Of a stretch of 64,000 bases of DNA, positions 27,324 through 37,754 are shown in pieces. Source of the DNA: a virus (taxonomy: Duplodnaviria; Caudoviricetes); the IMG/VR virus record IMGVR_UViG_3300031555_001437, one strand, 5' to 3'. How positions within the stretch are numbered: position 1 is the stretch's first letter; each line of letters begins with the position of its first letter. Under the pieces are notes generated by a model. The model saw only the letters and a program-made list of their open reading frames with translations, was not told the DNA's origin and did no database searches. The translations under genes and the position numbers were made by a program.

Positions 27324-30300
27324 ATGGATAAAGATAATATTATAATTGTATCCGAAAATACCACGCAGACTCACGTAGATACAGAAGTCAGCAATGTAGA
27401 TGTCGCAAATGAGGGGCTGGATGTAGTTGTTGAAGACGTTGCTCCGTTGGATATTGATATTTCTGATGATAATATTGTTGATATTGAGATATCCGAGGCA
27501 TTTCCGTTTGCGACGGATGGTGTTTTAGAGGAAGATTTATATGGGAAGGATATTCTGATTGACGGCGGCGTGGCTCTCAAAGAAGACCAGGAGGTCGTTC
27601 GTTTAGAGGATATTCTTGAAAAGTGTGCTGCTATGGGCGGTAGTGATAATATCGCCCACGGCACATTATATGGCGTGGAATTCCCAAATCAGCATCCGAT
27701 TACTGCTATTACAAATTTAAGAGAAGAATTGGATTCAATAGAGGCCCTGCAAACTGTATATTCAGATAAGCAGGGCTGTGCTGATTATTACCCGTGGGAA
27801 GACGAAAATCCAGCACAGGAAGATCGCGTGGGCTATTTCGTAGCTATTTGTGGCGATGCGCGGACTATTAAGATATGTAATTCAGAAGATATCTTTGGTG
27901 TTGTTGTTGACAGAGCCGCGTTTGTAGGTGGTAGAGACCATATTCTTGAGAACCACACAATTGGTGGAGTAGGTGATGTGGCCCAAAGTAGTGCATATGG
28001 ATTGGTTGCTACGGCTGGGACTGCTGTCGTTTATTGCGAAACAGATGTTGAAGTTGGAGATTATGTTATCTCTAACGATGATGGTTTCGCTAAAAAAAGT
28101 GGCGGCAATTTTGGATATTTGGTTATTGCAATTAATGAACTTGAGGATATTAGGTCAGCAACGATTTCTTTGACTATCCCATCTACTGCACTTGCGGCTA
28201 TGTCTGACGATATTAACATCGTTAATCAACGCATTGATGTTGCAGAGACGAATATTACGTCTGCTATCAATATTGCAAATGCTGCTTATAAAATGGCCAG
28301 CGAAAACGACAACTCTGTTATAACTAATGAAGAGTTGTTGGAAATGATAGAAAATGCTGTAGCAGATGTGAACTCTGATATGAGTAGAGTTGAAGGAAAT
28401 TTGGCTGATGCCATGATTATTGTTGAACAGGCAAAGAAAATCTCAGAAAACGCAGCCGCTACAGCAGAGAGCATTCGTAAAGACGCTGTAGAAACAGCAA
28501 ATAAGGCGCTTGCCGAAGTATCTCAGACGATTGATGAGTTCGATGCAACGGTTGAAGAAATTAAGAATACCGCAGATAGTGCTGAGGCAAAAGCTGAAGC
28601 TGCATTAGAAGAAATCACACAAAATGTTGATGAGATTAGAGGCGTTGTGGATGAAGCGGAAGCAAAGACTGACGCTGCCATAGCAGAGATTAACAAGAAG
28701 GCTTCAGAAACCAATGCGAGACTTAATGAAGTTAAAGATACTGCCGAAGGGGCAGCCGAAAATGCTGAAAATGCACGGAAGAACATCGAAGATCTTGAAG
28801 ACGAGTTAAGCGTTCTTTCTAATTGGTCTGACGACAACGGTAATTCTGGTGTGTCTGGTTTTGTTGCCAAGACTAACGCTGATTCGTCTACGCTCGCTGA
28901 CATTGTTAAGTGGCAAGGAACAACTGATACCGCAATCGCTGGCGTTACAAAAACGGCTAATGACAATGCTGCGAGTATCACTGATTTGGTAGCATGGCAG
29001 GGACAAACGAATACAGCTATTTCTAATGTAGAGAAAAAAGCAGATAACAATGAAGCCAGTATTACAACAATTAATACATGGCAAGACGCAACTGACAAGG
29101 CTATTGTCTCCGTGCAAGAACTTGCAAACAAGAATGAGGCGTCGATTACAAGTATAACAAAGTGGCAAAGTACTACAGATACTGCTATTTCTCAGGTTAC
29201 GCAAAAAGCCGACACAAATGAAGGCAATATTTCCCTCCTAACTAAATGGCAATTTGACGTAGAATCGGATGTTAAAAGTATTGCGTCCATTAAGGTGCAG
29301 TCCGACAATAATAAAAGTTTAATTGAAGGTATTACTGCTTGGCAAGATAGCACTGACAAGACATTAACGAGCGTTCAGAATCAGTCTACTGCAAATGCGG
29401 CGAGCATTGCGTCTATAACTACATGGCAAAATACGACCGACAAATCTATCGCTGCTGTTGAGCAAAAAGCGGATAAGAATGAAGGTAATATTATATTGTT
29501 GACAGAGTGGCAGTCAGACGTTAAGGATGAAGTAAGCAGCATCGCATCAATACAAACGCAAGCAAATGAAAACAAAGCTCAAATACAAGCGGTTGCAAAG
29601 CGTGTAGATGGGAATAGTAGCGGTATCGCTGGGCTGACAACTACGGTTAATGATCACTCAACATCTATTAACAATTTTGCGAAATGGCAAGAGACTGTGG
29701 AGGATGGTTCTATCGAGAGTATCGCCAGCGTAAAGAACATTGCTGATGCAAACAAAAGTTCAATTGAAGGAATTACTAGTTGGCAAGACACGAATGGGAA
29801 AACGTTGGCGAGTGTCCAACAGCAAGCTACCGCAAACGAAAGCAATATTACTATATTGACAGAGTGGAAGTCGTCAGTTGAAGAAGATGTGAGTTCCATT
29901 GCTTCGATTCAGACGAAGGCGAATGAAAATGAAATTAACTTGCTAGCGTTGGCAAAACGCATAGACACAAATAGCAATGGGATTGCTGGACTTAATACCA
30001 CAGTCGATGAGCATTCTGCATCTATCGAGAATTTCGCTGAATGGCAAGAAACCGTCGAAGACGGCTCTATAAATAGTATTGCCAGTGTGAGGAGCATTGC
30101 TAATTCGAATAAGTCTGCGATTGATTTGTTGTCCAAGCGTGAAGATGACTCTGAAAAAGCTATTGCCGCCTTGAAAGTGCAAACAAGTAAAGATAGCGCA
30201 AGTATTTTTAGTCTTGTATCTCTGATTGATACATATAGTCTCGGCGAACGCTCTCAGGCGAATGGACTAACATTAGAACAGGCTGCAAATATATTAGAGG

Positions 30301-33300
30301 CTGGTTCAGTTTATGTGCCAACCGAAGACCACTCTGAAACATATGGAGAAGATGTTTATGAGTTTTCAAAGGGTTACCATTACACATGGGACGGCACAAA
30401 ATGGCAAGAATCAAAATCTCCGTTTGTTGCATTTTCTGAACAATACGTAATTGGTAATGACGCTTTGAACTTTTGGGTCCCAGCAGTAAATATTATAGAA
30501 GATGATATTGTATATGAAAAAGACACATTATACATGTGGAAAGATGAACGCTGGCTCGCTGTTGCAACGCTCAAAGATAATGCAAATAGCAGAGCGACAA
30601 GCATGATATTGCAGAAGCAGAATGAAATATCTCTTAGCGTCAACAATGCACATAAGGATATTGCTGCTCTTGATTTGCGCGTTGATGAAAACGAAAATAG
30701 CATTGGGCTTGTTGTATCGAAAGAGGGCGAGAACTCTGTTATAAATGCAGCAAGCATTGTGGCAGCAGTAAATGACTCTGCGTCGTCCGTTGTAATTAAA
30801 GCAGATCATGTTCAACTTGATGGTGTTGTGTCGCTGGTGAATACTAAGGCTGACGAAATTACGACCTTGGTAAATACTAAGACGGACGAAGTTAAAAACA
30901 ACGCTGTTTATGATACCAAGGTTGAATATGCATTATCTAGTTCTGAGACTGATTTTGTTGCCATTACTGAATGGTCTACGACTGCACCAACATGGCAAGA
31001 TGGCGCATATATGTGGCAGAAAACTACAATTACAAAGGGTGATACCAGTGTGGCGTCAACTCAAACTTGTATTCAGGGTGCAAAAGGCGAAGATGGATAT
31101 ACTCCTGTGTTAGGCAAAGATTATTTTAATGGAACCAACGGCGAAAACGGTACATCGATTGTATGGAAGGGGTCTTTCAGCGTAGCTCCTAATAGCCCAG
31201 AAAATGGATGGGCATATTATAATACAAGCGCAAAAGCATCCTATACTTACCAGAATGGTTCATGGTATCAAATGTCTATTGATGGTGTTGATGGTAAAGA
31301 TGGTAAAGATGGTAACAATGGGCGTTCAATTGTATGGAAGGGAGAGTCTTCTAGTGCACCGACAAATCCACAAGAAAACTGGGTATATAAAGACTCCGAT
31401 GACGGCAAGGTTTATATTTATACTGGCTCTGGCTGGGAACTGATGGTGCTCGACGGCAGCGACGGCCAAGATGGTACAAACGGATCAAATGGCCTATCTG
31501 TCTTCATAACATATAACGATAGTAGTACAACTCCGAACACACCCACAGGTAACGGAACTGCAAACGGGTGGCATACAAATGCCACATCTACGTCTATCTG
31601 GATGAGCCAAAAAGTGGCCGAGAATGCAAGTTCTGGCGCGTGGGGCTCACCAATTAAAATCAAAGGAGAAAAGGGTCAAGATGGAAAGACTCCAGTTAAA
31701 GGCGTTGACTATTTTGATGGCTCTAATGGTAAGGACGGAACATCAATTGTGTGGAAAGGCACCTATGATTCCGCACCTAGCAATCCAGAAAACGGCTGGG
31801 CGTATTATGATACAAATGCAAAAGCGTCTTATGTATATCAAAATGGTTGGTATCAGATGTCTGTGGATGGAGTTGGTGTTAATGGTACGACGGTAACATA
31901 TGGCAAGTCTACTTCTGCCACGACAAAACCTACGTCGTGGACGACAACTATACCGACAGTTACTGAGGGTGAATATCTGTGGACTCAGACTGTAATTGAT
32001 TACACTGACGCATCTAAGCCAGATACAGTAACGTATACATACGCAAAACAAGGTGCGGATGGTCAGCCTGGTGTGGCAGGAACGTCTGTGACAGTTATAT
32101 CTATTTTATATCAGGTTGGCAGCTCTGCTACTCAGGCACCAACGGGAACAAATTGGAGTCAAAACGTTGTTGCTGTTCCACAAGGTAAGTATTTGTGGTC
32201 TAAGACGACGTTCTCTGATGGCAACGTTGCATATGGAGTATCCAGACAGGGCCAAGATGGTCTAGAGGGATCGTCAATTGTTTGGAAGGGCGAATTATCT
32301 GCACGCCCAGCGTCTGGCGAAAAGAATTGGGTATATAAGGATGCTGAAGATGGCATTGTGTATATTTGTACAGGTAATGGACTTTGGGAGCCCATGGTTC
32401 TAGATGGAAATGATGGTGCGGATGGTGCACCAGGAACAAATGGTTTGTCTGTTTTTATTACCTACAATGATAGTGCGACCACTCCAAATACTCCTACGGG
32501 CAACGGTACGTCTAACGGATGGCACACAAACGCAACGTCGAGTGCCATTTGGATGAGCCAAAAAGTTGCTAAGGATGCAGCATCTGGTTCGTGGGGTGCG
32601 CCTATTAAAATTCAAGGTAAAGACGGCAAGGACGGTGTTGGCGTCAGCTCAACCACCGTTTCTTATGGAACGTCTACGTCGGCTACAACGCAGCCGACAT
32701 CATGGCAGTCTACGATGCCAAATGTAACAGATGGACATTATTTGTGGACGCGCACGATCACAGACTATACGGATTCTTCTGTTGCAGATACTGTGACTTA
32801 TACTTATGTAAAACAGGGTTCAAAGGGTGAGACAGGATCTCCAGGAACATCTGTTACTGTTACGTCAATTCAGTATCAGGCTGGCGAGTCATCTACAACG
32901 GCTCCGACTGGTACGTGGAGCGATACAATTGTATCCGCTGCGGAGGGTAAATATTTGTGGACAAAGACGACATTCTCTGATGGAAAGGTTGCCTACGGCG
33001 TTGCAAAACAGGGTGTGTCTGGTAAAGATGGCTCTGGTATTAAAAAGGTGAATACTCATTTGCGCAGTTACCCACTCGCGTGGTGGAAAGAACATGCAGA
33101 CCCAGAATGTACTGATGTGAATTGGACGACTGGAACTTCTTATGACAACTCGCATATTAAGCAGGGTGACACAATATATATAGTCGGCGTAGCGTCAGAC
33201 GTTCTTAGCGCTAGCGGAACTGCGGTAACAGTCACTCTTTATGGCGTTGCGCAGTCTATTACGAGCTCTAACGTTACAATCGTTCCATCTCACTTAATAA

Positions 33301-36300
33301 CAAGTGGCGAAAAGGGTGATGGCGGTAAAGATGGAGTTGGTGTTAAGTCTTCGACCGTTACATATGGAGTTTCTGATTCAGCGTCTGTAAAGCCAACCAG
33401 TTGGGGATCGTCGATGCCAGTGATTGGTGAAAATCAATATTTATGGACATGTACTGTAATTGACTATACTGATGCGTCTATCCCAGACACTGTAACGTAT
33501 ACATATGCGAAGCAGGGAGCTAAGGGAGAAACTGGTTCGCCAGGAACTTCCGTTAAGGTTTCTTCGATTCAATATCAGGCTGGAACTTCTGCTACGGTTG
33601 AGCCTACTGGTAATTGGAGCAATAATGTTGTTCCTGTAAATGAGGGGCAGTATCTGTGGACAAAGACTACATTCTCCGATGGCAATGTTGCATATGGCGT
33701 GGCTAAGCAAGGTACATCTGGTCAAAAGGGAGACGATGCGCCGAAGGTAACAAAGGTTACGAAGCAGTATTATTTGTCTTCGTCTAGTACTTCGTTGACT
33801 GGAGGAAGTTGGTCCACATCGCCTTCTGACTTTACTAAAGGACGATATATGTGGACGCGTGATGTCTATAGCATGTCTGACGGCTCAACAATTAACGGAG
33901 AACCTGTTATAGATAAAACGTTTACGACTATTTCTGGTTGGTGTTCTGCAAACAATATGACTTTGATTGATGGTGCTAACATCGCAACTGGAACCATAGA
34001 CGCCGAGCAGATTGCTGCCAAGGCAATTAAGGCAGATAAAGTTGATGTTGATGGAGTCATTACTGCTGCAGAGGGCGATATTAAAAAGTTGGCGTCTGAG
34101 GAAATCACTTCTACCTATGTAACTGCTCAAAACTTAAAAGTGAAGGCGGCCAACGTTGAAGATAAATTGACAGCAACTCAAATTGATGTTACTGGTTTGT
34201 TGACTGCCGCTGAAGGAGATATTAAAAATTTAGTATCAGAGACGATTGCGGTAACGGAGTTGAATGCCGACAACCTTACGTCTGGTACGATTAATGCCAG
34301 TGTTGTAGATGTAACTAATTTAAGCGCTGATAATATTACCTCGGGAGCAATTGATGCTAGTGTAATAGATGTGACTAACTTGGACGCTGACAACATTACT
34401 ACTGGAGCAATATCTTTTAATGGTGGAGACTATTATATATCCGTCACAGGAGATTCTGGTAACTATCTTGTTTTGCCAGGACTCAAAATCAGCCAAGAAA
34501 AAGCACAGTTTAGTGGATCAATTGATGTTAATAAGAATTTTATTGTTGATGAATACGGCAATGTGACGCTAAACGGTAGTATTTCATGGGGTGCTGGCTC
34601 AAGCCCGACTCAGATTGTATACGCGAGAGACGCCATTGCAGCACCCGAAAGCGGTACACAGTTGTCAGATTTTCCTGCAACTGACGCAGATGGATGGCAT
34701 ACAAGCTTCTCTCAAACGTATGATTATTTTGCTTCGTATACTTATGATGGCGGTAAAACATGGACTGACGCTGTAAATATTCAAGGTAAAGACGGGTCTA
34801 AACCTTATGTGGAAGACGGTTATTGGTATGTTGATGGCGTCTCCACTGGCGTTCAGGTAACGTATTATACGTGGGTTAAGTATGCAGATACTCCCACAAG
34901 CGGCATGTCTAATATTCCAGACGGGAAGGCGTATATTGGTTTGGCTCACAACAAGACGTCGACGGAAGCATCGGAAGATTACGACGATTATACGTGGTCT
35001 TTGATGAAAGGCGAAGATGGAAAAGATGGTAAGACTTACTATACATGGGTTAAATATGCCGACGATGCATCAGGTACTAATATGTCAAACGACCCGACGG
35101 GTAAAGAATATATCGGTTTGGCGCACAATAAGGAAACTCCCACAGAAAGCACGAATGCTTCTGATTACTCATGGGCGTTGTTCAAAGGCTCTGATGGTGT
35201 AGACGGAACCGATGGTAAGGACGGCGAGACTCCTTACATTAAAGAGAGTTATTGGTGGATTGGCGCTACCAACACAAACATTAAAGCCGAAGGAGTAGAT
35301 GGCGCAGACGGCCAGAATGGCGACACTCCTTACATTAAAGATGGCTATTGGTGGATTGGTGATGTCAATACTAACATTCAGGCAGAAGGTAAGGACGGCC
35401 AAGATGGTAAGGATGGAAACAACGGGTCTACCGTTAAAGTGGAGTACCTGTATTATAGCAAACAAGATTCGAGTGCTCCATCCAAACCAGTATATCCTGG
35501 GAACGCATTGACGTTGGGATGGAGTTTTGAGCCGCAGAGTGCATCGCTGTCGTCCCCATATGTGTTTGTATCTCAATGTACGGTAATCGACGATGTGTAT
35601 GGTACTTGGTCAACTCCTACGTGTTGGGCGAAGTATGGGATAGATGGTAAGAACGGCAGTGATGCAAGTGTAACAACCATCAATATGTTTAATGCTGTTA
35701 CGAACAATGGGGCAAAGCAAGGATGTTTTGAGCTTGACAATGGTGACTTGGCTATTAATGCTTCGTATATCAAGTCTGGGCAGATTGATACAAGCTTGCT
35801 AAACGTAGATGAAATTATTAGTTCTGGAAAAATTGCTGTTATGTCGGAAATTCCAACTACAACCAGTGATTTAACCAATGACAGCGGCTTTGCATATACT
35901 TCAGATATCCCAACGGATACTCAGATTACTATTATTACGGGCGAGTACATTAAAACTGCAAGTATATATGCACAAAACTTAGAGGTCGATGCGGCTCATA
36001 TCAAGGGTTCTTTAACTATAGGACAACTACCAGATACTGTTGCTGAAAAATCAGATGTGCCAACCAAAACCAGTGATCTAACAAATGATAGTGGATTCCA
36101 GAATGCGAGTGAAGTTACAACTATTACAAATGACACGATTTCTACCACAAACGTTGTTGCACAAAATTTAACAGTCAAGGCGGCGAATATTGACGGACAG
36201 CTTACGGCAGATCAGATTAATGCGGATGGTATTAGTGCAAATAATGCCAACATAAGCGGAACGTTGACTGCTGGTAATGGTAGTTTTATTGGTCCTTTTA

Positions 36301-37010
36301 ATATATATGAAGATGGCATGGGAGCAGTTGGCGACTATGGAATGTCTGGAACATGGATTAGTAAACAGGGAGTGACTTGTGACAAACTAACTGCTGAGTC
36401 TGCTGAGATTAATGGAGGTAGTATTACGGCAAGTAGCGGTAGTTTAAGCGGCATGACTAGCATATCTACGGATTGGGTAGCTATTGATAGCAATAGTGTC
36501 AGCATTAGACACCCCGACGATCCATATCATTTTTGGTATCTTAGTATGTCGGCAGGAGATTCGTCTGCGTCTATTGGTGGTACTGGAGGGTCAATAAGCT
36601 TTGGGTCTGTAGTAACTCTTAATGGCACATGGGCAGCTTCGTCGTGTCTTGGGACATCTTCTGATGAAAGGGTTAAAAATAGCATACAGTCAATATCAAC
36701 CGACGAACGCTACGATGTAATGTTTGATGCTCTTGCTCCATCTGTCTACAAGTATAATGATGGAACTAGCGGAAGAACACACACTGGCTATATTGCTCAG
36801 GATGTTCTTGCTGCTGTGGAATCGGCGGGGCTAACAAGTACGGATTTTGCTGGTTATATAAAAGCTCAAACAATAAATCCAGAAACTGGTGAAGAAACAG
36901 AAACTTGCTATTTACGTTATGAGGAGTTCATTGCGTTGAACACCGCCCAAATTCAAAAGCTCAAGGCTCGTGTTGCCGAGTTGGAAGCAAAATTATTAGG
37001 AGACGCATAA
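27324..37010 (+). CDS. Giant tail fibre/spike (~3228 aa) with coiled coil, collagen-like repeats and C-terminal S74-type intramolecular chaperone
   Basis: Coiled coil with WQ repeats (28.8-30.2 kb). GxxGxxG triplets interleaved with repeated beta modules (31-33.8 kb and 34.8-35.7 kb). C-terminal 'SDERVKN...G.IAQDV...LRYEEFIAL'. ATG 27324 after GAGGTG. Confidence 0.85.
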   Translation: MDKDNIIIVSENTTQTHVDTEVSNVDVANEGLDVVVEDVAPLDIDISDDNIVDIEISEAFPFATDGVLEEDLYGKDILIDGGVALKEDQEVVRLEDILEKCAAMGGSDNIAHGTLYGVEFPNQHPITAITNLREELDSIEALQTVYSDKQGCADYYPWEDENPAQEDRVGYFVAICGDARTIKICNSEDIFGVVVDRAAFVGGRDHILENHTIGGVGDVAQSSAYGLVATAGTAVVYCETDVEVGDYVISNDDGFAKKSGGNFGYLVIAINELEDIRSATISLTIPSTALAAMSDDINIVNQRIDVAETNITSAINIANAAYKMASENDNSVITNEELLEMIENAVADVNSDMSRVEGNLADAMIIVEQAKKISENAAATAESIRKDAVETANKALAEVSQTIDEFDATVEEIKNTADSAEAKAEAALEEITQNVDEIRGVVDEAEAKTDAAIAEINKKASETNARLNEVKDTAEGAAENAENARKNIEDLEDELSVLSNWSDDNGNSGVSGFVAKTNADSSTLADIVKWQGTTDTAIAGVTKTANDNAASITDLVAWQGQTNTAISNVEKKADNNEASITTINTWQDATDKAIVSVQELANKNEASITSITKWQSTTDTAISQVTQKADTNEGNISLLTKWQFDVESDVKSIASIKVQSDNNKSLIEGITAWQDSTDKTLTSVQNQSTANAASIASITTWQNTTDKSIAAVEQKADKNEGNIILLTEWQSDVKDEVSSIASIQTQANENKAQIQAVAKRVDGNSSGIAGLTTTVNDHSTSINNFAKWQETVEDGSIESIASVKNIADANKSSIEGITSWQDTNGKTLASVQQQATANESNITILTEWKSSVEEDVSSIASIQTKANENEINLLALAKRIDTNSNGIAGLNTTVDEHSASIENFAEWQETVEDGSINSIASVRSIANSNKSAIDLLSKREDDSEKAIAALKVQTSKDSASIFSLVSLIDTYSLGERSQANGLTLEQAANILEAGSVYVPTEDHSETYGEDVYEFSKGYHYTWDGTKWQESKSPFVAFSEQYVIGNDALNFWVPAVNIIEDDIVYEKDTLYMWKDERWLAVATLKDNANSRATSMILQKQNEISLSVNNAHKDIAALDLRVDENENSIGLVVSKEGENSVINAASIVAAVNDSASSVVIKADHVQLDGVVSLVNTKADEITTLVNTKTDEVKNNAVYDTKVEYALSSSETDFVAITEWSTTAPTWQDGAYMWQKTTITKGDTSVASTQTCIQGAKGEDGYTPVLGKDYFNGTNGENGTSIVWKGSFSVAPNSPENGWAYYNTSAKASYTYQNGSWYQMSIDGVDGKDGKDGNNGRSIVWKGESSSAPTNPQENWVYKDSDDGKVYIYTGSGWELMVLDGSDGQDGTNGSNGLSVFITYNDSSTTPNTPTGNGTANGWHTNATSTSIWMSQKVAENASSGAWGSPIKIKGEKGQDGKTPVKGVDYFDGSNGKDGTSIVWKGTYDSAPSNPENGWAYYDTNAKASYVYQNGWYQMSVDGVGVNGTTVTYGKSTSATTKPTSWTTTIPTVTEGEYLWTQTVIDYTDASKPDTVTYTYAKQGADGQPGVAGTSVTVISILYQVGSSATQAPTGTNWSQNVVAVPQGKYLWSKTTFSDGNVAYGVSRQGQDGLEGSSIVWKGELSARPASGEKNWVYKDAEDGIVYICTGNGLWEPMVLDGNDGADGAPGTNGLSVFITYNDSATTPNTPTGNGTSNGWHTNATSSAIWMSQKVAKDAASGSWGAPIKIQGKDGKDGVGVSSTTVSYGTSTSATTQPTSWQSTMPNVTDGHYLWTRTITDYTDSSVADTVTYTYVKQGSKGETGSPGTSVTVTSIQYQAGESSTTAPTGTWSDTIVSAAEGKYLWTKTTFSDGKVAYGVAKQGVSGKDGSGIKKVNTHLRSYPLAWWKEHADPECTDVNWTTGTSYDNSHIKQGDTIYIVGVASDVLSASGTAVTVTLYGVAQSITSSNVTIVPSHLITSGEKGDGGKDGVGVKSSTVTYGVSDSASVKPTSWGSSMPVIGENQYLWTCTVIDYTDASIPDTVTYTYAKQGAKGETGSPGTSVKVSSIQYQAGTSATVEPTGNWSNNVVPVNEGQYLWTKTTFSDGNVAYGVAKQGTSGQKGDDAPKVTKVTKQYYLSSSSTSLTGGSWSTSPSDFTKGRYMWTRDVYSMSDGSTINGEPVIDKTFTTISGWCSANNMTLIDGANIATGTIDAEQIAAKAIKADKVDVDGVITAAEGDIKKLASEEITSTYVTAQNLKVKAANVEDKLTATQIDVTGLLTAAEGDIKNLVSETIAVTELNADNLTSGTINASVVDVTNLSADNITSGAIDASVIDVTNLDADNITTGAISFNGGDYYISVTGDSGNYLVLPGLKISQEKAQFSGSIDVNKNFIVDEYGNVTLNGSISWGAGSSPTQIVYARDAIAAPESGTQLSDFPATDADGWHTSFSQTYDYFASYTYDGGKTWTDAVNIQGKDGSKPYVEDGYWYVDGVSTGVQVTYYTWVKYADTPTSGMSNIPDGKAYIGLAHNKTSTEASEDYDDYTWSLMKGEDGKDGKTYYTWVKYADDASGTNMSNDPTGKEYIGLAHNKETPTESTNASDYSWALFKGSDGVDGTDGKDGETPYIKESYWWIGATNTNIKAEGVDGADGQNGDTPYIKDGYWWIGDVNTNIQAEGKDGQDGKDGNNGSTVKVEYLYYSKQDSSAPSKPVYPGNALTLGWSFEPQSASLSSPYVFVSQCTVIDDVYGTWSTPTCWAKYGIDGKNGSDASVTTINMFNAVTNNGAKQGCFELDNGDLAINASYIKSGQIDTSLLNVDEIISSGKIAVMSEIPTTTSDLTNDSGFAYTSDIPTDTQITIITGEYIKTASIYAQNLEVDAAHIKGSLTIGQLPDTVAEKSDVPTKTSDLTNDSGFQNASEVTTITNDTISTTNVVAQNLTVKAANIDGQLTADQINADGISANNANISGTLTAGNGSFIGPFNIYEDGMGAVGDYGMSGTWISKQGVTCDKLTAESAEINGGSITASSGSLSGMTSISTDWVAIDSNSVSIRHPDDPYHFWYLSMSAGDSSASIGGTGGSISFGSVVTLNGTWAASSCLGTSSDERVKNSIQSISTDERYDVMFDALAPSVYKYNDGTSGRTHTGYIAQDVLAAVESAGLTSTDFAGYIKAQTINPETGEETETCYLRYEEFIALNTAQIQKLKARVAELEAKLLGDA

Positions 37011-37012
37011 AT

Positions 37013-37219
37013 ATGGAAAACAAACAAGAAAAGCGTCGCAGCTTCATCCTTGACGTTGAAGACGCAAAAAACGAATTAATCAAAGCTTTTAATGATATTA
37101 TTAAAAAGTACAATATGCCGTGCTATTTCTTGGAACCGACTTTGCAAAAGCTTACTTCGGAGGCTCATAACATTGCGCTCCAAGAATTAGCTGCGGCTCG
37201 ACAGGGTGATAATTCATGA
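37013..37219 (+). CDS. Small helical hypothetical protein
   Basis: 68 aa with AGGAG RBS, translationally coupled to the next gene. Confidence 0.6.
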   Translation: MENKQEKRRSFILDVEDAKNELIKAFNDIIKKYNMPCYFLEPTLQKLTSEAHNIALQELAAARQGDNS

Positions 37220-37710
37220 GAATAATCGGTATAGATGCAAGTACAAACAAGACTGGTATTGCTGTGTTAGATGACGGCAAGTATGTTACCAGTACGCTGA
37301 TTGACTTGCACAAAATGACAGATGCCAAAGTACGAATACCAAAGATGATGATGGAGATATGCGCGTATTTAGACGAGCACAAGGCAGATAAGATTGTCAT
37401 GGAGGAGTCTTGGTATGTCTCCAACATCTCTACGGTTAAGATGCTGGCGGAATTAGCAGGGGCGGTACGTTATTATGCCGCCTCTCACGGCATTGAGATT
37501 GAGTTTATGCTGCCCACGGCGTGGAGACGACGTGTGGGGCTTGTTCAGTCTGCAAAAGTAAAAAGAGAGAAATTAAAAGAAGAGGCTCTTGAAGCCGTTA
37601 AATATGAGTTCGGGTTAGATATTCCAGAAGACGAAGCTGAAGCTACGTTGATCGCAAAGGCTGGATTTAGTGTTGTTGTTGAAGAAGACGTCAACGAGTG
37701 GGTTATTTAA
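37216..37710 (+). CDS. ruvC: RuvC-like Holliday junction resolvase
   Basis: IIGIDAS..TG.A, IVMEE, L....G, P..W and DEAEA acidic motifs of the RuvC fold. Confidence 0.8.
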   Translation: MRIIGIDASTNKTGIAVLDDGKYVTSTLIDLHKMTDAKVRIPKMMMEICAYLDEHKADKIVMEESWYVSNISTVKMLAELAGAVRYYAASHGIEIEFMLPTAWRRRVGLVQSAKVKREKLKEEALEAVKYEFGLDIPEDEAEATLIAKAGFSVVVEEDVNEWVI

Positions 37711-37754
37711 CACGACAAAATGATTTATACATGGAGTACAAGGAGAAAAATATT

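Noticed and set aside
3579-37010. Shufflon/invertible tail-fibre cassettes
   Set aside because: All cassettes are on the + strand. I saw no invertase gene, no reverse-oriented partial fibre genes and no flanking inverted repeats.
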